Of a stretch of 20,000 nucleotides of DNA, positions 10,880 to 19,380 are shown piece after piece. Positions within the stretch are counted from its first letter, which is position 1; the number at the start of each line of letters is the position of its first letter. Origin of the DNA: Chiloscyllium plagiosum (lineage: Eukaryota). A program made the position numbers and the translations under genes. The stretch is taken from contig NC_057720.1 of NCBI RefSeq assembly GCF_004010195.1, positions 26,867,248-26,887,247 of the forward strand. Reading direction: 5' to 3'. The notes under the pieces were generated by a model. It was given only the letters and a program-made list of their open reading frames with translations, was not told the origin of the DNA and made no database searches.

Positions 10880-11486
10880 ATTTATTTCAATGAAAGAGGC
10901 CTAACAGGGAAGGCGGATGAACTCAGGGCATAGTTAGGAGCATGGGACTGGGATATCATAGCAATTACAGAAATATGGCTCATGGATGGACAGAACTGGC
11001 AGCTTAATGTTCCAGGATACAAATGCTACAGGAAGGACAGAATGGGAGGCAAGAGAGGAGGGGAAGTGGTGTTTTTGATAAGGGATAGCATTACAGCTGT
11101 ACTTAGGGAGGATATTCCCAGAAATATATCCAGGGAAGTTATTTGGGTGGAATTGAGAAGTAAAGAAGGGATGATTACCTTATTGGGATTGTATTATAGC
11201 CCTCCTAATAGTCAGAGAGAAATTGAGAAACAAATTTGTAAGGTGATCTCAGTTATCTGTATTAATAGGGTGGTTATGTTAGGAGATTTTAACTTTCCAA
11301 ACATCGACTGGGGCTGCCATAGTGTTAAGGATTTAGATGGAGAGGAATTTGTTAAGTGTGTACAAGAACATCTTCTGATTCAGTATGTGGATGTACCTAC
11401 TAGAGAAGGTGCAAAACTTGACCTACTCTTGGGAAATAAGGCAGGGCAGATGACTGAGGTGTCAGAGGGGGTCCACTTTGGGGCAG
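10880..11486 (+). pseudogene. CR1 ORF2 apurinic-endonuclease (EEP/APE) domain
   Basis: DIIAITEIWL, PGYKCYRKDR, GLYYSPPNS, LGDFNFPNIDW, QYVDVPTREGAKLDLLLGN. The C-terminal ~26 aa of the listed ORF 10982-11566 is read-through into unrelated flank. Confidence 0.92.
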
Positions 11487-12370
11487 CCTTTTCTTTACTA
11501 TTAATTTCCGCATTTTATCTTCTAAAGAGAAAAACTGAGGACCTGAGTAAACCTTTACAGTCATAAACAAGAGTATTCCCTTCACTGTTGTGAGACTACA
11601 GCTTGCAGAATCATTTAAATGTTCTACTCTAAACCTTCATGATTCTCAAGGCAGCCTGAGGATGTTCACCACGAATCCTTAAGGAAATGAAAATCCAGAA
11701 ATTCTGATGGTAACAGTCATCTGTAACAAGCCAGTAGGTTTTCCCACAGCTCACATTTCCCATGATATTTTATTCTTATCCATCAGACTTTTGTGCATTG
11801 GGTAAAACCAGTATTGTGCCCATTTCTTAGCTCCATGACTGGCAAGTTGGATTAAAATTGCCACATTATTTATGCAAAAAATGTAAACGTTGATGATGTC
11901 ATTGTTCTTTGTTTGTCATTGTTATGCTGAGAAGATCAGAATGGTGTCAAACCTATGTGCAACATGGAAGCAACCAATTATAACCGCTCCTCACTGACAG
12001 TGTAATGGCACAGCAGCCACAGTAGATATGGCTGACATTCCCTCACACATACAACTCACCCTGATTTCTGTTTAACCACTGGACCACACAGTTTACTTGT
12101 TCCTTAGCTATATCCTGTCCACATTATCCTAACTCTGTTCCTAGTGCTCACTGGAGACACACAGCTTGTCATTGTATGTGATGTTCCCCTTCTGGACAGA
12201 CAATCAACTGGGCAATTCCAAATGTGAGCTTTTATTTACAGACAGCAAATGCAAATGCAAATAAAATGAGTAGAGCCTGCAGTTCACCACCACAATGCAA
12301 ACCAAACATTTTGCAAACTGACCAATGACAATTCTACATTTCATGATGGTTTGCTACATGCAGCCTTCAT

Positions 12371-12700
12371 CTACTGGAAGAGGGTACCAGTCAGGTCCTG
12401 TCTGGTTTGTAGTGCCTGATGCAGCTGAGCTCTATCAATCACAAAGATAACTACCTCCTCCCCAAGGTGGTCCTCCTCTTCAGAACATTGCTCCTGTTGT
12501 CACAATTCCCCAGCATCTATCACATCTCCTCATTGCTTGCCTCAATTGTTCAGAGCACAGTACTACAGAATGATGCAGCACTATGTATGGCTGAGACTGG
12601 AGGGCTCCTGCAGACCGGTCCAGGATGTAGAACCACGTTTTCAGTCGACCCATTATCTGCTCCACCACAACCCTGGTCACAGCAAGATCACCAACTTGGG
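12371..12700 (-). pseudogene. PIF/Harbinger (HARBI1-like DDE) transposase C-terminal remnant
   Basis: TRVVVEQIMGRLKTWFYILDRSAGALQ carries the third catalytic E motif, followed by CALNN* (CxLHN), an acidic patch and ALQTRQDLTGTLFQ* (stop 12371-12373). An antisense AATAAA lies at ~12231-12237. Confidence 0.78.
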
Positions 12701-12915
12701 GAAGTACCACACTGGCTGAGTGATCAACACATTCCATCAAAAAGAGAGGGCCTGCCACAGTCCTACCCCTTTCTCTTCCATCAATCATTCACATTTTCAC
12801 TGCAGTCAGTGGAGTCCATCATGGTGCCTGATGTATAATGAAGTAACATTCCCCATCTCCCACAGCACCCTTGGCTTTTGGCCAATAATCACACCTTTTA
12901 AGTCAATACCACTAT

Positions 12916-13011
12916 GGATATAGGTTTGCTCGCTGAGCTGGAAGGTTTGTTTTCAGACGTTTCATCATCATACTAGGTAACATCTTCAGTGAGCTTCCGA
13001 ATGAAGCATTG
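12916..13011 (-). mobile_element. Penelope-like pLTR fragment (family A) with hammerhead core
   Basis: Minus strand reads tca-CTGAAGA-t-GTTACC-tagtat-GATGAT-GAAA-C-GTC-tga. Flanked by ccactat at 12909-12915 and 13012-13018. Confidence 0.75.
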
Positions 13012-13363
13012 CCACTATCTTTTACATCATTGAGATGTCATTGATAGACTTGCAAGCAACAACAGCATAGCGTAATTTGCCTTCAGCCAACATTTGAAAC
13101 TTGAGCATGTTCACTCTGCAAGCATTGCAAATGGGTGAAAAGTTGATTGCAAATTAAACATAACTGCAGTTTGTGAATAAGTACTTCATGTAGTTGTCCT
13201 TTCAATGTCCAAGCATCTAGCAAACGTGGACCATGCATTTTGCCCACCCAAGTGACAGTGTCCGTGTTCCTTCCTGGGCATTTTGCCAGTCATTTTTCAA
13301 TTGTTCTTTCCATTCAGGAAAATGACACATGCTGCCAACCATCACAGAGAATACAGTCAGCAC

Positions 13364-13494
13364 TGTCCTAAAGAAGGGTTTCACTCAAAATGTCAACTTC
13401 TTCACATCCTGATGCTACCTGGCTTGCTGTGTTCTTCTAGCCTCCTGCTGTGTATTTCAGATTCCAGCATTTGCATTGTTTTTTAATCACTAAC
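13364..13494 (+). mobile_element. Penelope pLTR (family B), degenerate copy
   Basis: Diverged direct repeat of 13907-14037. Decayed hammerhead core CTAAAGA-a-GGG-tttca-CTC-AAAA-T-GTC. Confidence 0.85.
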
Positions 13495-13513
13495 CAGGCT
13501 CTTCCTGGACATC

Positions 13514-14038
13514 TTTGCCGAGCATCTTAGCAAGCCCCGCAGGGGCCAACTGGGCCTCCCATTCCCCACCCATTTTAATTGCCCTTCCCACTCCCTTTCT
13601 GACATGTCCATTCTTGGCCTCCTCCATTGCCACAATGAACCAAACCACAAACCTCATCATCTGCCTGTACAGCCCACAGCCCAGAGAGCTCAAAATTGAG
13701 TTCTCCAATTTCAAACAATCTCCCTTCCCTTCCCCCGACTCTCTTCCCAGCCCTTCCCCCTCCATTCCACTTCTCTCAGCCACAAACCGGATTCATCCCT
13801 CCCATTGACCAACCAGGTTGTACCCTTAACCTATCTTCATCTTTCCCCACTTCACCACCCTGCCCCCACCATCCCCTTTATCTGCAGCTCCCCCCATACC
13901 ACCTCCAATCCTGAAAAAGGGTTATAGCTGAAACATTGACTTCTCCACCTCCTGATGCTACCTGGCTTGCTGTGTTCTTCCAGCCTCCTGCCTGTCTACT
14001 TTGGATTCCAGCATCTGCCATTTTTTTTGCCTCTAACG
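13514..14038 (+). mobile_element. 5'-truncated Penelope element: GIY-YIG C-terminus, 3' UTR and pLTR (family B)
   Basis: FAEHLSKPRRGQLGLPFPTHFNCPSHSLSDMSILGLLHC, then LIICLYSPQPRELKIEFSNFK in a shifted frame (Penelope GIY-YIG end, normally ..QP.GLNIEF). pLTR at 13907-14037. Flanked by ttcctggaca(t/c)c. Confidence 0.88.
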
Positions 14039-14873
14039 TTCCTGGACACCGGCTTTTCCCATCCCTGTGTCTTCACAGCCCCTCTTACCCCACTCCACCC
14101 ATTCACCTTTACGTGGAGACTCACCACATTGGATTGTCTTTCCTTCCCCGAACCTTAATGTTTCATGTTAATGATGCCCACATTGCTCCTCTGTAAAGGG
14201 TATTATAGTGGCCACTCACCCATGCCTTGCCCTCAAATGCTGTTCTGCCTACCCCAATCTACTACAGCCACACCCCCATCACCATTCTTGCCCCCCACCC
14301 CCATAACTGCCCCAATCCCTCTTCCTTGGTTGCCCATTGCACTCTCCTTAATAATCAATGCACAGAACCCTCGGATTGTATTCACCCCAAACTCTGCCTC
14401 CTTTCAATGCGCAGCCCGTAGGCCTGATGGACAGGCCACTGACTGCTGTGTTTGCACTGTCCTGATGGTGCACAATTCCCCCTCACTGATTGTGAGGGCC
14501 CCACAGGACTAAGCGTTACCCACTTCCTGGTCTATAATCGCACCGATCCCCTGAACATGATCAGCTGGCTGACTCCACACACACATCCATGGGCCTGAAC
14601 ATGATCAATCATCTGACTGTGTATGTGGATTGTGCCCATGTCTGGAGGTACAGGGACGCCCTGATCAACAGCTGTCCCTTCTTCCCTGGGCTAAGGATGA
14701 GCTCCCACCCACTTTCTCACATGCCATTTGGTTGAATGAATGTAAAGTGTGCTTGCTACTCAGAGAGTTGGCACATGCTGTAGGTGCTAGAATTGCTATG
14801 CCATACATCAGCATGTTCCCTCCCCCAGTGACAAGCAGCCTGTCTGTGTGCCTGCACAAAAAAAGCACATCAA

Positions 14874-15097
14874 TTCAGTGACACTTGAAATAACTCCACA
14901 AAGGCCAGTATCTACTCCCCAAATCATCCTTTATCTACACGTGCATAGTACATGACCTTGACGCAGCTAGCTCAAAGCCATCTCCTAGAGTGAGCAAAAC
15001 CCCTCTTTATATCTGTCAACCAGGCCTCCCTAATGGGACCAGGTTAACAGCCCCAGTCAGGAAACTCACATTCTATGACCTCACTCCAATCAGTATA
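14874..15097 (-). mobile_element. Probable decayed solo LTR
   Basis: Resembles a short shark LTR-type repeat recalled from memory. An antisense decayed polyA signal (tttatct, ~14930) and a TATA-like tttatat (~15006) are in LTR order. TG..CA termini and TSD are not clean. Confidence 0.35.
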
Positions 15098-15292
15098 GGT
15101 TCTGGCTGAAGTGCCAACACACAACAGACATGGCATACCAAGGCAAGGATGTTGCAAGTGTGCAGGTAGGTACTAAGTCAGAGAGCAACCCTGAGATGTT
15201 GCCTGGTCCAATCTAGGGGCTGGGTGCCTGTCCCTGCACGCAAAGTGCCCTTGCAGCAGCCTAGCAATGCCAGATGCCGGGATGTTCTGCAA

Positions 15293-15461
15293 TAGATAGG
15301 CAGGAGGCTGGAAGAACACAGCAAGCCAGGCAGCATCAGGAGGTGGAGAAGTCAATGTTTTGAGTGTAACCCTACTTCAGGACTCAGAACTTTTTCAAAG
15401 TGGGCATTCTTTGAAGAGACTTTGCAGTAGAACAAACTTGGTTAGAGACAAAAAAAAACAG
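15293..15461 (-). mobile_element. Permuted Penelope pLTR insertion (family B)
   Basis: On the minus strand the pLTR 3' end (15461-15441) comes first, then ~53 nt, then the pLTR from its hammerhead (gagtc-CTGAAGT-a-GGG-ttaca-CTC-AAAA-C-ATT-gactt). Flanks 15271-15292 and 15462-15482 form an imperfect direct repeat. Confidence 0.85.
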
Positions 15462-15740
15462 CAGATGCTGGGTGTCCTGCAAGGCAAGTCTGTGCTTTCT
15501 AAGTTACCTGCAATTGGAACAGAGAGGACATGAAGTCTGAGTAATTGGCAAACATTGGGTGCCAATGAGTAAGGACAAGGCATGCCTGTTGCTGGAACCC
15601 ATGTGGCATTCCCTGAGATGCTGTTTGGTGCTGAGCAATATAGAGGCTGGTGAGCTGAAGTTATCAGATAACTACTCTGGCTTTCATATCGAGAATTCTC
15701 CATGTCTCGTGTGTTCAGTATGTTTAGTAAGATAGGAAGC

Positions 15741-15945
15741 TGAAACTTTATTGCTGGAACAGCACAGCAGGTCAGGCAGCATCCAGGGAACAGGAGATTC
15801 GACGTTTCGGGCACAGGCCCTTCTTCAGGCCTGTGCCCGAAACGTCGAATCTCCTGTTCCCTGGATGCTGCCTGACCTGCTGTGCTGTTCCAGCAATAAA
15901 GTTTCAACTTTGATCTCCAGTATCTGCAGACCTCACTTTCTCCTC
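15741..15945. mobile_element. Young inverted-pLTR Penelope insertion (family C) forming a perfect palindrome
   Basis: Arms 15741-15819 and 15828-15906 are exact 79-bp reverse complements with an 8-nt loop. The pLTR 3' end runs to 15945. TSD taagataggaagctgaa at 15728-15744 and 15946-15962. Confidence 0.93.
15796..15828 (-). ncRNA. Minimal type-I hammerhead ribozyme core (sequence motif; activity unproven)
   Basis: CUGAAGA-A-GGGC(CUGU)GCCC-GAAA-C-GUC-GAAUC. Core and helix II are intact, with predicted cleavage between 15801 and 15800. The 5' strand of helix I is lost at the inversion point. Confidence 0.7.
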
Positions 15946-17580
15946 TAAGATAGGAAGCTGAAGATTAAAAAGAGGCAAGTTGTGCTTACATTAAGACTGT
16001 TAACAACCAATAACGCCCATTAATTGGCAACTTGCAACTGCTTAGTGAGAAACCTGCCTCACCACCCGATCAATGTTATAGCAAGTTGCTCCCAACATCA
16101 ACACACCGTCAGTGAACTTCTTGTGCATTTCTGAGAGAAAAGATCTCACCACAGTCCACATCATTCTGACTCCTAAAAGATTCTGCCAGTAACCTCAATT
16201 CATCTGATTCTTAATTTAGACTCTCTCTTTTTCTCACAAATTTCTTCCTCATTCCCTGATCCTTTTCTAACTGCTTTCCAGAGGAACATCAGTTAAACCC
16301 AACTTAACAGACTGTTCTGCCTACTGAATGAAGGATAGCATTACCCTGATAAAATACACAGAGGGCAGTCAGGAAATTATATTGTCAAGAAAGGTTGTGG
16401 AAATAGGTATGTTCTCTTCAGAAAATTGAAACCTTTGAAATTACTTCATAAAACATTTCAAAATTATGAAAATATTCAGAAACTTGAAGGCACTCAATCA
16501 ATAAATTGGCAGACTAATACTGACGGAATTTCACAGAATGAGTTTGCACAGACACCAGTACATGTCTGGACAGGAAGAGAAAATATTGGAGCAAATAGCA
16601 ATGTCGGATAATGGACAGCAAATAACCACAGGAACGAACAAGTGTTACATATTTACAGTCTGGCAGCGGTTTTATTGTAGAAACCAGTTAGAAGAAATAA
16701 CTGATGCGAGATAAAGGTGTACGCAGTCCAATGTTCCTAACTGGGGTGTGACACTCAGAGTATGAATCTCCAGAACTTGCAGCTACAAAAGACCATAATT
16801 TTTCACCCATTAATTACATTCTTTGCAAGCAATACACCTTAGGAGTATTGCTATATATTGCATGGCAATTAATTATGCAAGTATTCCAAAATGTTATCTC
16901 AAACTTAATTAGGAAGCAAACCAAACATTTGAGAATGCTCTGTGAGCTAAATCTTGCCATTAAAATAATGAAGAATTAACAATGCGTGCAGTTAATAATG
17001 CACAAATCAAGCGGCAAGTTTAGGGGATGAAGAAATACACAGTGAACCTTCAGAACTTGCTACTCGATCTACACATTTCCACCATTGGTGGTATCTCCCT
17101 CAGCCTCTTCATTAATTTGAAGCATTTACTTGATGTCAGAGTCTCTTTAAAGCCTTAATTGTTAATGCAATGCCAATTTCTCTTGACCAGATATGGAATA
17201 ATTTCAACTTTTGACTCTCACAGCTGCATGTTGTAATGTTTTGAAACTTTTAAAATGTTAAACTAAATTATTTCAATTCTTTTCTTCCATTTCCTTTCTG
17301 TCTCTGTTTTTTTCTGTCTCCTGACTCAAATCTGTTCTTCTATAATTCTTTCTGTGCTGCCTTTGACATAGCCTCCTTCCTGTCTGCTTTTTTCTCAAAT
17401 ATTAAATCTCATCAGTTAAGGAGGTACTTTTAGTTCCATATTTCACTAAGACAGAGGTGGTGCTTGTATGGAACGAGCTGCCAGAAGTAGTAGTAGAGGC
17501 TTGTACATTTAGAAGGTATCTGAATTGGAAGGATTTAGAGGGATATGGGCCAAATGCTGGCAAATGGGACTAGGTCAGAT

Positions 17581-18050
17581 CATGGAGTCCCTACAGTGGC
17601 CCTTCAGCCCAACTAGGTAAAAAGAAGGACTGCAGATACTGGAAACCAGAGTCTAGATTAGAGTGGTGCTGGAAAAGCACAGCAGGTCAGGCAGCACCTG
17701 AGGAGCAGGAAAATCGATGTTTCGGGCAAAAGCCCTTCAGTCAGCCCAACTAGCCCACATTGACCCCCTGGAGAGTATCCCACCCAAACCCATTGCTCTA
17801 CAGGTACTGCTAACGAATGCACCTAACCTACACATCCCTGAACAGTATGGGCAATTTAGCATGGCCAAATCACCTAACCTGCACATCTTTGGATTGTGGG
17901 GGGGGGGACGCCGGAGCACCCTGAGGAAATCAATGCAGACACAGAGAGAATGGGCAAACTGCACACAGACAGTTGCCCGAGGTTGAAATCGAACCCAGGT
18001 CCCTGGTGCTGTGTGACAGCAGCGCTAACCACTGAGCCACCGTGCCAGCC
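17581..18050 (-). mobile_element. HE1-type V-SINE interrupted by a Penelope pLTR
   Basis: Reverse complement gives ggcacggtggctcagtggttagc (A box), gggttcgatttc (B box), the V-domain and a CR1-like tail. Homologous to 539-834. Confidence 0.9.
17617..17744 (-). mobile_element. Solo Penelope pLTR (family C-related) with hammerhead core
   Basis: Shares agcacagcaggtcaggcagca with 15761-15781. Minus strand reads CTGA(c)TGA-a-GGGC-tttt-GCCC-GAAA-C-ATC. TSD tcagcccaactag at 17604-17616 and 17741-17753. Confidence 0.88.
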
Positions 18051-18064
18051 TATTTAGATTCAGA

Positions 18065-18254
18065 ACCCTAATCTCAGAATCAATTACGTCACTCTCCACC
18101 TTGAAGAATAATTGCATCATATTATGGGCACTCGCCCCCAAATCTTGTGCAACCAGCCTGTCATTTATTCTTTTCTCATTACATAATGCCCTAAGATGGC
18201 CTGTACTCCAGTTTGTTCTTCAATGTATTGGTCCAAGAAACATCTCATACGTAC
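18065..18254 (-). mobile_element. CR1 ORF2 endonuclease fragment
   Basis: Minus strand translates CFLDQYIEEQTGVQAIL, homologous to LLIQYVDVPTREGAKL at ~11370-11420. Confidence 0.75.
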
Positions 18255-18995
18255 TTGGGATGTCTGTTCAGCATAGGGGCTGTTTCTGTGCTAGGTGATT
18301 CTATGATACGGCTCCAGATATTCCATTGCCCTTAACTCACTTTTATCAACTCAAATTTTCAGCAATTTACAACTAAAAGAAATCTTTGAAATGAATAATG
18401 TAAGCAAAAGTAGAATGAGTAGTAAATATTGTGAGATACCTACTCTTGCCGTATTTGGCCTTATGATATGGATTCACATAAATTAAAAGCCAGTCTGTAT
18501 ATTTTGCCTATACCAATAGCAAGAAAAAAAAGGTGTCATGAGGAAAAATTAAAGAAAGCTTAATTTTTTTTTCAAATGTATTAAGAAAGAAATAGACAAC
18601 AGCCATCAAATCAATATGATACGGTGCTAAATGGTAACACTGAGGTTGTCATGACAATGGTTGTTTTGAAGCAAGTAATTTACTGGAATGTGCAGTTGCT
18701 TTAGGATTACTTATTAAAATTGAGATTGGCAGTGAATTTCTGCTTGCCTACATACTTCTGTAAAGATTTTTATTTCATGAGTGTTGCCTTGTGATCTGAG
18801 TAATGTAACTAACTGCATAACAATAATTTTATGCCAAACATCACTGTGACAGTCTTGTATTTATATAGCACATTCCACAACCACAAGCCAATTGCATGGT
18901 ATGATACAAAATCTGCAAAACCTTATTTGATGTGGTTGTACATGAGTTATTTGTTACACATAAAATGGATATTAAAAGCAAAGCTTTTATAGTGA

Positions 18996-19380
18996 ATAAG
19001 AACATAACAAATGGGAGCAGGAGTGGGCCATTCACCTGTCATTTATAAGGTAGCCATGATGTGGAGGTGCGGCTGTTGGACTGGGGTGGACAAAGTCAGA
19101 AGTCACATGACACCAGGTTATAGTGCAACAGGTTTATTTGAAATCACAAACTTTCAGAACGCTGCTCCTTCAACAAGTAAAGACTTCTTCACCTGAAGGA
19201 GCAGTGCTCTGAAAGTTTGTGATTTCAAATAAACCTGTTGGATTGTGACCTGGTGTGTTATGACTTCTGACTTTGCCATCTATGAGATCATGGAATATAT
19301 GCTCCAGGCTGTAATTTGTCTTTTGTGCCAGCTCCTCAATATTTTAAAAATCTATCTACCTCTTCTTTAAAACCTTTTAA
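18996..19380 (-). mobile_element. Old CR1 3' tail remnant split by a Penelope insertion
   Basis: taagaacataacaaatgggagcaggagtgggccattc ... gagatcatgg ... aaaaatctatctacctc is an antisense CR1 3' UTR pattern. Confidence 0.65.
19052..19275. mobile_element. Inverted-pLTR Penelope insertion (family D), imperfect palindrome
   Basis: Arms 19091-19172 and 19194-19275 (~82 bp each) carry decayed hammerhead cores (GGAGC-agt-GCTCT-GAAA). Degenerate TSD gtcatttataaggt (19038-19051) / gccatctatgagat (19275-19288). Confidence 0.82.

Larger units (their letters stand above)
9649..11486 (+). mobile_element. CR1 LINE 5' half: 5' UTR, ORF1 and endonuclease; RT and 3' end absent
   Basis: Colinear ORF1 and APE motifs; homology ends abruptly at ~11486 (GVHFGA). 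Confidence 0.92.
17451..18308 (+). mobile_element. CR1 3' end split into 17451-17580 and 18255-18308
   Basis: gtatggaacgagctgccaga...gggatatgggccaaatgctggcaaatgggactaggtcagat resumes as ttgggatgtctgttcagcat...ctgtttctgtgct..gattctatgat. Both halves align in order to the CR1 tail at 1630-1862. Confidence 0.8.

Noticed and set aside
2344..12700. One giant Harbinger element with convergent Myb and transposase genes
   Set aside because: They are 10 kb apart with apparently unique sequence between them and no matching TIR pair was found; separate remnants are more likely.
12419..12838. 139-aa plus-strand ORF
   Set aside because: Antisense to the Harbinger transposase remnant, with no independent motif.
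13283..15355. Recurrent peptides (MTSPPPDA.WLAVFFQPP, MLPGLLCSSSLL) suggesting a small gene family
   Set aside because: They are translations of the repeated non-coding pLTR.
15395..15948. 170-aa and 65-aa ORFs crossing the palindrome
   Set aside because: They run through Penelope pLTR and unrelated flanks; the similar peptides on both strands are a by-product of the palindrome.
16740..17450. Possible ancient non-autonomous DNA transposon (cagaacttgc at ~16771 and ~17051)
   Set aside because: No definable termini or coding remnant; cannot be supported without a repeat library.
13364..17753. CRISPR-like or other prokaryotic repeat array
   Set aside because: Repeats are long, irregularly spaced, in both orientations and diverged, and the context is vertebrate retroelements.
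17980..18050. tRNA gene
   Set aside because: The A/B boxes are the head of an HE1 SINE and continue into the V-domain; the same applies at 790-834 and 4010-4090.
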